A stretch of 64,000 nucleotides of DNA from an uncultured Gemmatimonadales bacterium (GCA_963795085.1 CAWCFX010000002.1:384001-448000); one strand, 5' to 3'; positions 1 through 9,280 are shown, counted from the stretch's first letter. Translations and numbers: made by a program. The notes: generated by a model from the letters alone, not told the origin.

Positions 1-450
1 GTGCCCGCCTGGGACCAGCAGGAGACCCGGGTGCCCGGCCTCGATGAGGTGCCGCTGACCTGGATGGACCGGGCCCTGAGCAAGTACGGCGGGATCGAGG
101 ATCCGGCGCGCTGGGTGGACGACGGTCTCGAACTCGCCCGGACCGCCGAGGCGGAGCAGGGTCTCTGGGTCGGGCTGTGGCATCCCAACCTGACCGAGGC
201 CCTCGGCTTCCCGGGCGCACTCGCGGAATACCGCCGCCTGGTCACCCTGGTGCAGGAGCGGGCACCCTTTGTTGCGCCCTTGAATACCATCGTCGCGTGG
301 CGCCGGGCCCGGCGGTCGCTCGTGGCGCGCGAGGTCTCCGCCGCCGGGGCACCCCGGCTGGCCGCAACGATACGAGGCCACTGGGACGTGACCCTGGAGG
401 ACGGATGCGGCAATCCCCTGGAGCGCCTCTCCTGGCCGGACGCCGCATGA
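1..450 (+). CDS. C-terminal part of a putative polysaccharide deacetylase-like protein (5' truncated by window)
   Basis: EVPLTWMD and GLWHP motifs resemble CE4-like deacetylase C-termini; stop overlaps the next ATG (ATGA). Confidence 0.55.
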   Translation: MPAWDQQETRVPGLDEVPLTWMDRALSKYGGIEDPARWVDDGLELARTAEAEQGLWVGLWHPNLTEALGFPGALAEYRRLVTLVQERAPFVAPLNTIVAWRRARRSLVAREVSAAGAPRLAATIRGHWDVTLEDGCGNPLERLSWPDAA

Positions 451-1373
451 CCGCCCGGCGCTGGTGGCACCTCCTCCAGGTGGTGGCGGGATTGGCCGTC
501 CTGTTCTTCGCGGCCCACCATTTCTGGGAAGACTGGGACCAGTTCCGGACGGTGAACATCGACTGGGAATTTCGCCCGTCGCTGATTGCGCTCAGCATGG
601 CGACCACCCTGGTGATGTATGCCCTGCTGATCACCGCGTGGCGGCTCTTCCTGGAGGACTGGGGTCAGACCCTGGGCCGCTGGCAGGCCGCACGGATCTG
701 GACCGTCGCCAACCTGGGCAAATACATCCCGGGAAAGATCTGGGCCATCGCCGGCCTCGCCATCATGGCCCAGCGACAGGGCGTGGCCCCCTGGGCGGCC
801 ACCGCGTCGGCCGTGATTCTCCAGGCCCTCGCCGTCGGCACTGGTGTGATCATGGTGGCGATGGCCGGCCCCGGCGTCCTGGCCGTTAGGCACCCCTGGA
901 CCATCCTGGCCCTGTGGCTGCTGGCGGGCCTGAGCGCGGTCGCCGTGGGGCTGCTGATCAACCCCGGGATCAATCGCTGGCTTACCCGGCGGGTCCTGGG
1001 CCGGGACGACCTGGGCTCCCCCCGGTCCCGTACCGTCGTCCTCGGCATCGGCGTCAACCTCCTGGCCTGGGCCGGGTACGGGCTCGCCTTCTGGCTGCTG
1101 CAGCGGGGAACGATTCCCGCGGCACCGCTGACCCTTGGCACCGCCATCGGCGCCTTCACAGCCTCTTATCTTGCCGGCCTGCTGTTCCTTCTTGCCCCGG
1201 GCGGATTACTGGTGCGGGAGAGTATTTTGGTCCTCATGCTGGAGGGGTCGATCGGCCTGGGGCCGGCCGGCGCCCTCGCGGTTGCCTCCCGGCTCATGCT
1301 GACATTGACTGAAATCGGAGTCGCGGTGCCTTTCCTTGTAATACCTACGGAGCAGAGACGTGTCGCCAGCTGA
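447..1373 (+). CDS. UPF0104/lysylphosphatidylglycerol synthase TM-domain membrane protein (putative flippase)
   Basis: ATG at 447; multi-TM; NLGKYIPG and APGGLLVRE motifs typical of this family. Confidence 0.75.
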   Translation: MTARRWWHLLQVVAGLAVLFFAAHHFWEDWDQFRTVNIDWEFRPSLIALSMATTLVMYALLITAWRLFLEDWGQTLGRWQAARIWTVANLGKYIPGKIWAIAGLAIMAQRQGVAPWAATASAVILQALAVGTGVIMVAMAGPGVLAVRHPWTILALWLLAGLSAVAVGLLINPGINRWLTRRVLGRDDLGSPRSRTVVLGIGVNLLAWAGYGLAFWLLQRGTIPAAPLTLGTAIGAFTASYLAGLLFLLAPGGLLVRESILVLMLEGSIGLGPAGALAVASRLMLTLTEIGVAVPFLVIPTEQRRVAS

Positions 1374-3717
1374 GTCCCCGACCTATCAACCCCGGCATCC
1401 CACCCTGGTCGCCGGCCTCATCTTTGTCCTGGCCGCGCTGGCCATATGCGCGCCCATGCTGGCCGGCCGGTTTCTCCTCGGCAACGACCAGTTCCACGTC
1501 GGTTACGGGTTCCGGGCCTGGGGGGCGGAAATGTTCCAGCAGACCGGCCATATTCCCCAGTGGAACCCGCTCCAGTTCGGCGGCATGCCGTTCATTGCGG
1601 CGATGCACGGCGACATTTTCTACCCCACCGCGTGGCTCCGCTGGTTCCTGCCCATCGATACGGCGATGAACATCGGCCTGGCCCTGCACATCGTGTTGGC
1701 GGGGATCTCCATGTTTTTCCTGCTCCGGGGACTCCGGCTCAGCTGGACCGCAGCCATCGCCGGCGGCGTAGCCTACGAACTGAGCGGCATCGTGGTCTCC
1801 ATGGTCAACCCGGGCCACGATGGCAAGCTCTACGTGTCCGCGCTCGCGCCCCTGGCGTTCCTGGCCCTCCTGCGGGCGATTCGCGGGCGACGGATGGGAT
1901 CCTACGGGTTCCTGGCCGTCGTGGTCGGCCTGTGCATGCTCACGCCGCACTACCAGATGACCTATTACCTCCTCGTGGCGTGCGGCCTCTGGACCCTGTT
2001 CCTCGTCTTCTTCGATCCCGAACGACCGGCGGACATCCGTTGGCCGGTCCCCCTGGCCCTGGCGGGGGTGGCGGTCGTCCTCGGCATCGGCATTTCCGGC
2101 CTGCAGGCCATCCCCTTCCTGGAGTACATCCCGTTTTCCCCGCGCGGCGCCGGCGGCCCCAGCGCCGGGTGGGAGTACGCGACCTCCTATGCGTTTCCGG
2201 TCAAGGAACTGCCGACCATCGTGCTGCCCCAGTTCAACGGGTTCATGGCGAGCTACTGGGGCGGCAACTTTCTCAAGGATCACACCGAGTATCTCGGCGT
2301 GGCCGTGGTCACCCTCGCGACACTGGCCTTCGGGGCCCCGGGCCAGAAACGACTCCTCTGGGGATTGGGCGCCATTGCCATCCTGTTCCTGCTGGTGGCT
2401 TTCGGGGCCCACACCCCGTTCTATCGGGCCTGGTACGAAGTCATGCCGATGATGAAAAAGGTCAGGGCGCCGGGAATGGCGTTCTACCTGGTGGCGCTGG
2501 TCGTGTGCGTCTATGCCGCGATCGGCGTGGACCGTCTGCTCAAGGGCGAGATCCCGTGGAAACGGATCGCCATGGTGACCGGGGTGCTGGCCGCCTTCGC
2601 GCTGCTGGGCATCCTCGGCGCCCTCAAGACGGTCGCGGAGGTTTTGGTGGTGCCGGAGCAGACCGGCCGTCTCGCGGCCCAGGCCGACGCGATCCGGGGC
2701 GGGGCACTCCGCATGCTGCTGGCCGTCGGGGCCACCGCGCTGGTCCTCTGGGTGGTGCATGCCGGACGGATCCGCGGCCTTGCGGCCGCCGCCGCCCTCG
2801 CCGTGGTCATCGGCGCCGACCTGTGGAGTATCGACCGGTTGTTCCTCCAGTACCGCGCGCCCGCCGGGGAACTGTTTCGGTCCGATCCCATCATCGAAGC
2901 CATGAAGGCGAAGAAGCTGCCGTTCCGGGTCTTCGACACCGGGCAGATAAGCGGTGGTACGGTGTACGATTACTCCCTCATGATGGCCCATGGGATTCCC
3001 TCCTTGCTGGGCTATCACGGCAACGAGGTCCGTTTCTATGATGATCTCATGGGGGGGAAGAATGTCTGGCAGAACGCCCTCAACCTCGGCCTCTGGGACC
3101 TGATGGCCGTCCGCTACCTGATCGTCAGGGATTCGCAGCCGATTCCCGGCTTTCACATTGCAGTGGGGCCCGTGGCGACCGCCGGGGGAGAGACAGCCTA
3201 CCTCTACGAGCAGGATTCGGTGCCACCATACGTGCGGGTGACGGCCGCGGCCGCCACCGTCCCCGAAGAGCGGCTGGTCGCCACGGTGTCCGACCCCCGG
3301 TTCCCGGTGGAAAGCCTGGTACTGTATTCAGATACGGCCTCCGTCAGGCCCGAACCCATCCAGGGCGCCTTCATTCCGCCGGCCCCGGTGACGGCTGAGC
3401 TGACCGAGTGGGCCCCCGGCCGAATGACCATCCGCCTCACCGGGACCTCGCTCAAGCCGACCTACCTCCTGGTGAGCGAAACCTGGTATCCCGACTGGAG
3501 CGCGACGGTGGACGGCAGCCCGGCGCCAGTGCTGCGCGGCGACCATGCCCTCATATCGGTAGTTGTGCCGCCGGGGGCGAAAGAAGTCGCCCTCGCCTTT
3601 GACGACGACGGCTACCGCACGGGCAAGCTCGTCTCCCTGGTGTCGAGCCTGCTCGCGCTGGGCCTCGTGGTCGGGCCCGCCGTCCGCCACCGCAAGCGAG
3701 AGGCGGCGGGTGTTTAA
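1360..3717 (+). CDS. YfhO-family (GT-C fold) membrane glycosyltransferase
   Basis: PQWNPLQFGGMPF, many TMs, C-terminal SETWYPDWSATVDG motif plus final TM. Confidence 0.8.
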   Translation: MSPAESPTYQPRHPTLVAGLIFVLAALAICAPMLAGRFLLGNDQFHVGYGFRAWGAEMFQQTGHIPQWNPLQFGGMPFIAAMHGDIFYPTAWLRWFLPIDTAMNIGLALHIVLAGISMFFLLRGLRLSWTAAIAGGVAYELSGIVVSMVNPGHDGKLYVSALAPLAFLALLRAIRGRRMGSYGFLAVVVGLCMLTPHYQMTYYLLVACGLWTLFLVFFDPERPADIRWPVPLALAGVAVVLGIGISGLQAIPFLEYIPFSPRGAGGPSAGWEYATSYAFPVKELPTIVLPQFNGFMASYWGGNFLKDHTEYLGVAVVTLATLAFGAPGQKRLLWGLGAIAILFLLVAFGAHTPFYRAWYEVMPMMKKVRAPGMAFYLVALVVCVYAAIGVDRLLKGEIPWKRIAMVTGVLAAFALLGILGALKTVAEVLVVPEQTGRLAAQADAIRGGALRMLLAVGATALVLWVVHAGRIRGLAAAAALAVVIGADLWSIDRLFLQYRAPAGELFRSDPIIEAMKAKKLPFRVFDTGQISGGTVYDYSLMMAHGIPSLLGYHGNEVRFYDDLMGGKNVWQNALNLGLWDLMAVRYLIVRDSQPIPGFHIAVGPVATAGGETAYLYEQDSVPPYVRVTAAAATVPEERLVATVSDPRFPVESLVLYSDTASVRPEPIQGAFIPPAPVTAELTEWAPGRMTIRLTGTSLKPTYLLVSETWYPDWSATVDGSPAPVLRGDHALISVVVPPGAKEVALAFDDDGYRTGKLVSLVSSLLALGLVVGPAVRHRKREAAGV

Positions 3718-4429
3718 GCGCATTCTCGTGGTAGTGCCCACCTATAACGAGCTCATGAACCTGCCCCACCTGGTGCCGGTGATACTGAGCCAGGACGCCC
3801 GCCTGCAGGTCCTGGTGGTGGACGACAACTCCCCCGACGGCACCGGCGCCTTCGCCGACCGGCTCGCCGAGATCGAGCCCCGGGTCCACGTGTTGCACCG
3901 GACCGCCAAGGAGGGCCTGGGGAAAGCCTACATTGCCGGCTTCCGGTGGGCGCTGGCCCGCGACTACGAGATCATCTTCGAGATGGACGCCGATTTCTCC
4001 CATAACCCGGAGCGCATCAGCGATTTCCTCCGGGCGCTGGAAGATGCGGACCTGGTCCTCGGATCCCGCTACGCCAAGGGTGTCAACGTTATCAACTGGC
4101 CCATATCCCGGCTGCTCCTGTCCCTGGGCGCCAACCTTTACGCCCGCTGGGTCACCGGACTGCCCCTGACCGACGCCACCGGGGGATACAAGGCATTCCG
4201 CCGCCAGGTCCTGGAGGCCATTGAACTCGACCAGGTCCGCTCGAACGGGTACGCCTTCCAGATCGAGATGAGCTTCCTGGCATGGAAGAAGGGGTTCCGG
4301 CTCAAAGAGATTCCGATCGTCTTTACCGACCGCGCCGAGGGGCAGAGCAAGATGAACAAGCGCATCGTGCGGGAGGCGATCTGGATGGTCTGGTGGCTCC
4401 GCCTCCGGGCGATCTTTCGGCGGATATGA
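3710..4429 (+). CDS. Polyprenol-monophosphate glycosyltransferase (Dpm1/Ppm1-like, GT2)
   Basis: VPTYNE, VDDNSPDGT, MDADFSH, GYAFQIE motifs; GTG at 3710 overlaps the upstream stop. Confidence 0.9.
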   Translation: MFKRILVVVPTYNELMNLPHLVPVILSQDARLQVLVVDDNSPDGTGAFADRLAEIEPRVHVLHRTAKEGLGKAYIAGFRWALARDYEIIFEMDADFSHNPERISDFLRALEDADLVLGSRYAKGVNVINWPISRLLLSLGANLYARWVTGLPLTDATGGYKAFRRQVLEAIELDQVRSNGYAFQIEMSFLAWKKGFRLKEIPIVFTDRAEGQSKMNKRIVREAIWMVWWLRLRAIFRRI

Positions 4430-4433
4430 CACC

Positions 4434-5249
4434 ATGAGATTCTGGAAAATGACGGGGTCCGGTAACGATTTTGTCATGCTGGACGGGCGCCATACCCGGC
4501 CGGCCGACTGGCCCGCCCGCCGGATCGTGGACATCTGCCATCGCCGCAACGGGGTCGGGGCAGACGGCCTCGTCATCCTGACTCCCGAGGCCGGCTCCAT
4601 CGTCCGGATGACTTTCTTCAATTCCGACGGGTCCGAGGCCTCCATGTGCGGCAATGCCGCCCTCTGCAGCACAACCCTCTCCGGACTCCTGGATTTGGCG
4701 CCGGCAGAGGGAATGCTCCTGGCCACCGGGGCAGGCACCTTTCCCACCCGGCGGACCGGCCAGCTCGATGAATCCTCCCTCAACCTCCCGGACTTCCCGG
4801 TTCCGGTGGCTCCAGCGATCCGCCCCGGCCCGGGGGAGCGGGGAATCTGGCTGGGGACCGTCGGCGTCCCCCATCTCACCGTGCTGGTTGACGATGTGGA
4901 TAATATCGACATCCAGGGGCGGGGGCGGGCCCTCCGCTTTGACCCAGCCGCAGGACCAGGGGGGGCAAACGTCAATTTCTTGACAGTACGCCGGCAGGGG
5001 GATCAGCCGGAGTGGCTGATGCGGACCTATGAACGAGGTGTAGAAGGGGAAACCCTGGCATGCGGCACCGGCGCGGTCGCCTCGGCGGTCGCCTTGAGTC
5101 GCTTCGCCAAGGCCGCGCTGCCTCTGAGCATCACCACGAGGGGGGGAAAGCCGCTCTCAATCCGTGCCCGTCTGAGCGGCGAAATGGCCACCGATGTCTG
5201 GCTGACCGGGGAAGGACGGCTCGTGTTCGAGGGCAACCTTTCCGAATAG
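4434..5249 (+). CDS. dapF: Diaminopimelate epimerase
   Basis: KMTGSGNDF, MCGNA and ERGVEGETLACGTG catalytic Cys motifs. Confidence 0.95.
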   Translation: MRFWKMTGSGNDFVMLDGRHTRPADWPARRIVDICHRRNGVGADGLVILTPEAGSIVRMTFFNSDGSEASMCGNAALCSTTLSGLLDLAPAEGMLLATGAGTFPTRRTGQLDESSLNLPDFPVPVAPAIRPGPGERGIWLGTVGVPHLTVLVDDVDNIDIQGRGRALRFDPAAGPGGANVNFLTVRRQGDQPEWLMRTYERGVEGETLACGTGAVASAVALSRFAKAALPLSITTRGGKPLSIRARLSGEMATDVWLTGEGRLVFEGNLSE

Positions 5250-5333
5250 CGCTGTTCAACAACCTCCATAATCCACCGGCTGCTGCTGCGAGGGATCGGG
5301 TAGGCCCACTTATCAACAGTTACTAACATTGCT

Positions 5334-5361
5334 ACTTAACATAACATATCTTATACGACCT
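5334..5361 (-). other. dif-type XerC/XerD chromosome dimer resolution site
   Basis: Minus strand AGGTCGTATAA-GATATG-TTATGTTAAGT: 11-6-11 layout; XerD arm 10/11 identical to E. coli TTATGTTAAAT; lies where gene orientation flips. Confidence 0.85.
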
Positions 5362-5401
5362 AGCGTGTCAGGCCACTGTCAGCTTGCTGCCCGATACACG
5401 A

Positions 5402-5431
5402 ATCGCCCCGGAACTGACGTCCCGAGGCGAT
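5402..5431 (-). terminator. Hairpin downstream of the TPR gene, probable terminator
   Basis: ATCGCCTCGGGAC-loop-GTTCCGGGGCGAT stem with G-U pairs; weak U tract. Confidence 0.4.
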
Positions 5432-5453
5432 CTTACGACTGGGCTCTCGAAGC

Positions 5454-6116
5454 CTAGAGGCTGCCCCGCGTCATTTCGGCCAAGCGAACCTGGGCCTCCA
5501 CGAACGGTCCGGTCTTCGAATACTTCTCGATGACGGTCCGGTACGCAGCCTCGGCTTCCGCGGTCTTTCCTCCGATCCGGTAGGCTCGGCCGGCCTGCAA
5601 CAGGTAATCCGCCTTGAGATAATCCACTCCGGCGGCGTCGGCGGCCCGCTGGTACGCTTCGCCGGCTTCCACCGGCCGGCTCACGTTCTCCAGGGCGGCG
5701 CCCAGAAGACCATAGGCGGCCGCAGCGTACCTGGCATCGGGGTTCGCCGCCACGAACTCACGGAGCCGGACCACGGCCAGCTCGCTCTGGCCGCTGATCA
5801 GCCGCATCTGGTTCAGCGCAATCTCGGCCTCCTGGGCGGCCGCGCTTCCGCTGTAGGTGTCAATAATCTTCTGAAACTCCCCCGAGGCGGCGGGAATATT
5901 CCCGGTCTCGGCGATATTCCGCGCCTGGCCCAGCGCCCGGGATGCGAAGTCTTCCCGGCGCGTCCTGGCGGTTGTCAGGAACCAGACAGCGGCGACCACG
6001 GCGATAAGGATGCCGCCCGCGATGAGCAGGAGCTTGCGGTGGGCCTGGGCCCAGGCGATGGTGCGGTCCGCGGCGGTGTCTGAAGTGTGCGGTTGGGCTG
6101 TCAATGTCGAGGCCAT
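5454..6116 (-). CDS. Membrane-anchored TPR protein (YfgM-like)
   Basis: Single N-terminal TM then TPR-like helices; start moved to ATG 6116 because the longer ORF overlaps the tRNA. Confidence 0.7.
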   Translation of the reverse strand: MASTLTAQPHTSDTAADRTIAWAQAHRKLLLIAGGILIAVVAAVWFLTTARTRREDFASRALGQARNIAETGNIPAASGEFQKIIDTYSGSAAAQEAEIALNQMRLISGQSELAVVRLREFVAANPDARYAAAAYGLLGAALENVSRPVEAGEAYQRAADAAGVDYLKADYLLQAGRAYRIGGKTAEAEAAYRTVIEKYSKTGPFVEAQVRLAEMTRGSL

Positions 6117-6141
6117 GAAGATCCTGAAACGGTTCGCGAGG

Positions 6142-6215
6142 TGCCCCCGGCGAGACTCGAACACGCAACCCTCGGTTTAGGAAACCGATGCTCTATCCAG
6201 TTGAGCTACGGGGGC
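6142..6215 (-). tRNA. tRNA-Arg(CCT)
   Basis: GCCCCCG/CGGGGGC acceptor stem, anticodon loop TTCCTAA, TTCGA T-loop; CCA not encoded. Confidence 0.95.
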
Positions 6216-6255
6216 AGAACCCGGGAAATAACGCCGTTCCGGCACGCTAAGTCAA

Positions 6256-6789
6256 TTAGACAGTGACAATTGCCTCCACCGGCACCCCTGCCCCCAACCG
6301 GGCCCGGCCAGCGAGCGCGCCGATCTCCAGGAGGAAACTCCAGCCCGCCACCGTTGCGCCCAGTGCCTGGACCAGGCCGGCGGCCGCCGCCGCGGTTCCC
6401 CCGGTGGCCAGGACATCGTCCACGATGAGAACCCTCTCGCCGCGCTCGAAGGCATCCTCGTGGGCTTCGACTACGTTGGTGCCATACTCGAGCACGTACT
6501 CCTGGCGGATCGTCCGGTATGGAAGCTTGCCAGGTTTGCGCACCGGTACAAACCCCGCCGAGAGCTCCAACGCCACCGTTCCGCCCAGGATGAACCCCCG
6601 TGCCTCGATACCCACGACTTTGGTGATTCCGCTCCCGGCGAACGGGCGGGCCATCGCGGCACTGACCTCTCGAAGGAGGTCGGGATCCCCCAGGACAGGG
6701 GTGATATCCTGAAAGAGAATCCCCGGCTGGGGGTAGTCGGGGATGGCGCGAAGGCGGTTGCGAATCAATTGGTCGAGCGATGCAGTCAC
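6256..6789 (-). CDS. apt: Adenine phosphoribosyltransferase
   Basis: IPDYPQPGILFQDITP, EARGF, VDDVLATGGT. Confidence 0.95.
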   Translation of the reverse strand: MTASLDQLIRNRLRAIPDYPQPGILFQDITPVLGDPDLLREVSAAMARPFAGSGITKVVGIEARGFILGGTVALELSAGFVPVRKPGKLPYRTIRQEYVLEYGTNVVEAHEDAFERGERVLIVDDVLATGGTAAAAAGLVQALGATVAGWSFLLEIGALAGRARLGAGVPVEAIVTV

Positions 6790-6819
6790 GTGCTAGTCCG
6801 GTGGATGTGGATAAAGCAA

Positions 6820-7092
6820 TCACATAATATCAAAGGAGTTATACCTGATCTCTTCATCCAAAATCTCTGTCCTGTCAACCTGTGTAACCCGAGCATGGGC
6901 GGGGCCGGCGACGAGCAGCTCGCCCAGTTCCCGGAGGGATTCCTCCGCACCCCTGACCACCACCTCAACCCGACCATCGTTGAGGTTTCTGGCCAGCCCG
7001 TGAAGACCAAGTCGGCGGCTGTGCCGGGCCACGAACCAGCGGAACCCGACCCCCTGCACCTCCCCGCTCACCAGGAACTTGGCGGCGGTCAT
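6820..7092 (-). CDS. acyP: Acylphosphatase
   Basis: VSGEVQGVGFR and ARNLNDGRVE motifs; ATG at 7092 overlaps the dedA stop. Confidence 0.9.
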   Translation of the reverse strand: MTAAKFLVSGEVQGVGFRWFVARHSRRLGLHGLARNLNDGRVEVVVRGAEESLRELGELLVAGPAHARVTQVDRTEILDEEIRYNSFDIM

Positions 7093-7718
7093 TCCGGGCG
7101 GGGCCGGCGCCGCCGGTGCCAGATGATGTAGAGCGCGATCAGGATCAGGGTCCCCGGAAGCACGTAGCGGACCAGGACATCGTGCGCCATGGCCTCGTAG
7201 GCGGTGCTCTTGAGCTGGTCCTCGTGGGTGCCCACGAACCACCCGATATAGGTGAGAATGGCGCACCATATCCCGGCTCCCAGGCCGGTGAAGAGGACGA
7301 ACCGGGCCAGGTTCATCCGGGCCATGCCGGCCGGGATCGAGATCAGGTGCCGGATCACGGGAAGCAGCCGTCCGACGAAGGTGCTTATCTCGCCGTGCCG
7401 GAGAAAATAGGCCTCGGTCCGGTCCAGCGACTTGTTGGAGAGGAGGATGAACTTCCCATAGCGCCGGAGGACCGGTTCTCCGATCCGGACCGCCAGCCAG
7501 TAGTTGGCGAGGGCCCCGAGAATGCTCCCCAGGGTTCCCGCGAGCACGGCGAGCACGGGATCCATCCGGCCCTTCGCCGCCAGGTAGCCCGCCGGCGGCA
7601 TGACCAGCTCACTCGGGAGAGGTACCACCGAGGACTCGATCGCCATGAGGAGAACGATGCCGGGATACCCCAGGGTGGAGACGGTTTCGATCAACCAGTT
7701 AAACAGGTTACCCAGCAT
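7089..7718 (-). CDS. DedA family membrane protein
   Basis: ESSVVPLPSE, GRLLPVIRHLISIPAG; ATG at 7718. Confidence 0.9.
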   Translation of the reverse strand: MLGNLFNWLIETVSTLGYPGIVLLMAIESSVVPLPSELVMPPAGYLAAKGRMDPVLAVLAGTLGSILGALANYWLAVRIGEPVLRRYGKFILLSNKSLDRTEAYFLRHGEISTFVGRLLPVIRHLISIPAGMARMNLARFVLFTGLGAGIWCAILTYIGWFVGTHEDQLKSTAYEAMAHDVLVRYVLPGTLILIALYIIWHRRRRPRPE

Positions 7719-8379
7719 TCGCGTTTCCGGTATCCAAGGGGTGAAAGCCGAACTGTCCCAGCAGGGGAACAAACCGGACATCGCCGAGGGAGGTCCGGGC
7801 AAATTCGCTCCCGGTCCGCTGGACCAGTGTCAGGGTCTGGTACTCGCGGTCGCCGAGGGGAATGACCAGCTTGCCTCCATCGGCCAGCTGCTGTTGCAGC
7901 GGCAGCGGCACATCGGGCGATGCCGCCGACACGATGATCGCATCGTAGGGGGCGAAAGCGCTCCACCCCAGGGTGCCGTCACCCACGAACACGGTGACAT
8001 TGCGGATTCCGGCCTGAGTGAGCGAAGCCCGGGCCGCCCGCGCCAGGGTGTCCACCCGCTCCACGCTGAACACCATGCTGGCCAGCCGGCCCAGCAGGGC
8101 GGTCTGGTATCCTGACCCGGTGCCGATCTCGAGGACTTTCTCGCGGCCGGTCAGGCCGGCCACTTCGAGCGACCGGGCCTGCACGTAGGGTTGGGAGATC
8201 GTCTGGCCGCTGGCAATGGGAAGGGCCGAGTCCTCATAGGCCCGGTGCCGCACGCCTTCCGGGACGAAGAGGTGCCGGGGGACGTCGCCCACTGCCTTGA
8301 GAACCCGCTCCTCCCGTATGCCCTTGCCGCGGAGCGCCTCGACCAGTTGCGCCCGGTACCCTCCGTAGCTGTCGGCCAC
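7708..8379 (-). CDS. pcm: Protein-L-isoaspartate O-methyltransferase
   Basis: VPRHLFV, QTISQP, LEIGTGSGYQ, FVPL. Confidence 0.95.
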   Translation of the reverse strand: MADSYGGYRAQLVEALRGKGIREERVLKAVGDVPRHLFVPEGVRHRAYEDSALPIASGQTISQPYVQARSLEVAGLTGREKVLEIGTGSGYQTALLGRLASMVFSVERVDTLARAARASLTQAGIRNVTVFVGDGTLGWSAFAPYDAIIVSAASPDVPLPLQQQLADGGKLVIPLGDREYQTLTLVQRTGSEFARTSLGDVRFVPLLGQFGFHPLDTGNANAG

Positions 8380-9131
8380 TACCCCTCCAGGTTCCAGCCC
8401 CGCACGGTCTCGAAGAGCTGGTAGTTGGTCAGGTCCATGTGCAACGGAGTGATCGAAATATATCCCTCCGCCACCGCGCTGTGGTCGGTGTCGTCGCCGC
8501 CGGTCCAGGTGATGGTCCCCCCGCCGATCCAGAAGATCTCCCGGCCCCAGGGATCCTGCATCCGGGTCAGTGACTCGGAGAAGTACCGGCTGCCCAGCTT
8601 GGTAACCTTGATCCCCTTGACCGCGCTCGCGGGGATGGCGGGAAGATTGACGTTGAGCAACGTCTGCGGCGGGAAATCCTTCACCGCCGTGATCCGCCGG
8701 ATCAGCTGCGCGAGCGTCCCCCGGTAGGTGGCCATGGTCATCGGGTCATGGCCGGTAAACGAGATCCCGATGCCCGGCACACCCAGCGTCACCGCCTCCA
8801 TCGCCACCGACACGGTGCCCGAGTACAGGACATCTTCGCCCATGTTGGGGCCGTGGTTCACCCCGGAGAAGACGAAGTCCGGTTTCCCTTCCTTGATGAG
8901 CGCCCCGAAGGCAAGCAGTACGCAGTCGGTGGGCGTCCCGTCTACCTGGTACGCACCGTCGGGCCGGTGGGCTGCCCGGATGGGACGGTGCAGCGTGAGA
9001 GAGTGGGAGGTGCCACTCTGCTCCCGGTCCGGCGCCACCACCGTAACGCTGGCAACCTCGCGGCAGGCGTCCGCCAGGAGCGCCAGCCCGGGGGCCAGGA
9101 TACCATCGTCGTTACTCACCAGGATATGCAT
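8379..9131 (-). CDS. surE: 5'/3'-nucleotidase SurE
   Basis: SNDDG, GTPTDCV, SGVNHGPN, YSGT. Confidence 0.95.
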   Translation of the reverse strand: MHILVSNDDGILAPGLALLADACREVASVTVVAPDREQSGTSHSLTLHRPIRAAHRPDGAYQVDGTPTDCVLLAFGALIKEGKPDFVFSGVNHGPNMGEDVLYSGTVSVAMEAVTLGVPGIGISFTGHDPMTMATYRGTLAQLIRRITAVKDFPPQTLLNVNLPAIPASAVKGIKVTKLGSRYFSESLTRMQDPWGREIFWIGGGTITWTGGDDTDHSAVAEGYISITPLHMDLTNYQLFETVRGWNLEG

Positions 9132-9137
9132 GCCGGG

Positions 9138-9143
9138 AGTATA
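9138..9143 (-). promoter_or_regulatory. -10 element (TATACT) of a probable leaderless surE promoter
   Basis: TATACT lies 6 nt before the surE ATG; no SD present. Confidence 0.55.
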
Positions 9144-9159
9144 AGGGAGATGGGGATAC

Positions 9160-9245
9160 GAATTGAAGGAATTGAGGGAATTGAAGGAATTGAGGGAATT
9201 GAAGGAATTGAAGGAATTGAAGGAATTGAGGGAATTGAGGGAATT
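9160..9245. repeat. 9-bp tandem repeat (GAATTGARG) x9 plus a partial unit
   Basis: Counted directly; intergenic between merR and surE. Confidence 0.95.
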
Positions 9246-9280
9246 TGAAGATCCCGGTGAATGGAGGGCGCTCCGTCCAG

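Noticed and set aside
5250..5361. Calling this region oriC
   Set aside because: Genes converge rather than diverge, a dif site is present, there is no dnaA/dnaN context and the boxes are imperfect; kept only as a tentative finding
6142..6215. tRNA-Arg as a pseudogene (U-U mismatch in the T stem, no CCA)
   Set aside because: All other stems and invariant bases are intact; the lack of CCA is shared with tRNA-Gly and is common
9160..9245. Possible CRISPR array, or the coding ORFs 9163-9363 (KELREL) and 8748-9248 (IEGIEG)
   Set aside because: Contiguous 9-mers with no spacers and no cas genes; the peptides are just translations of the repeat
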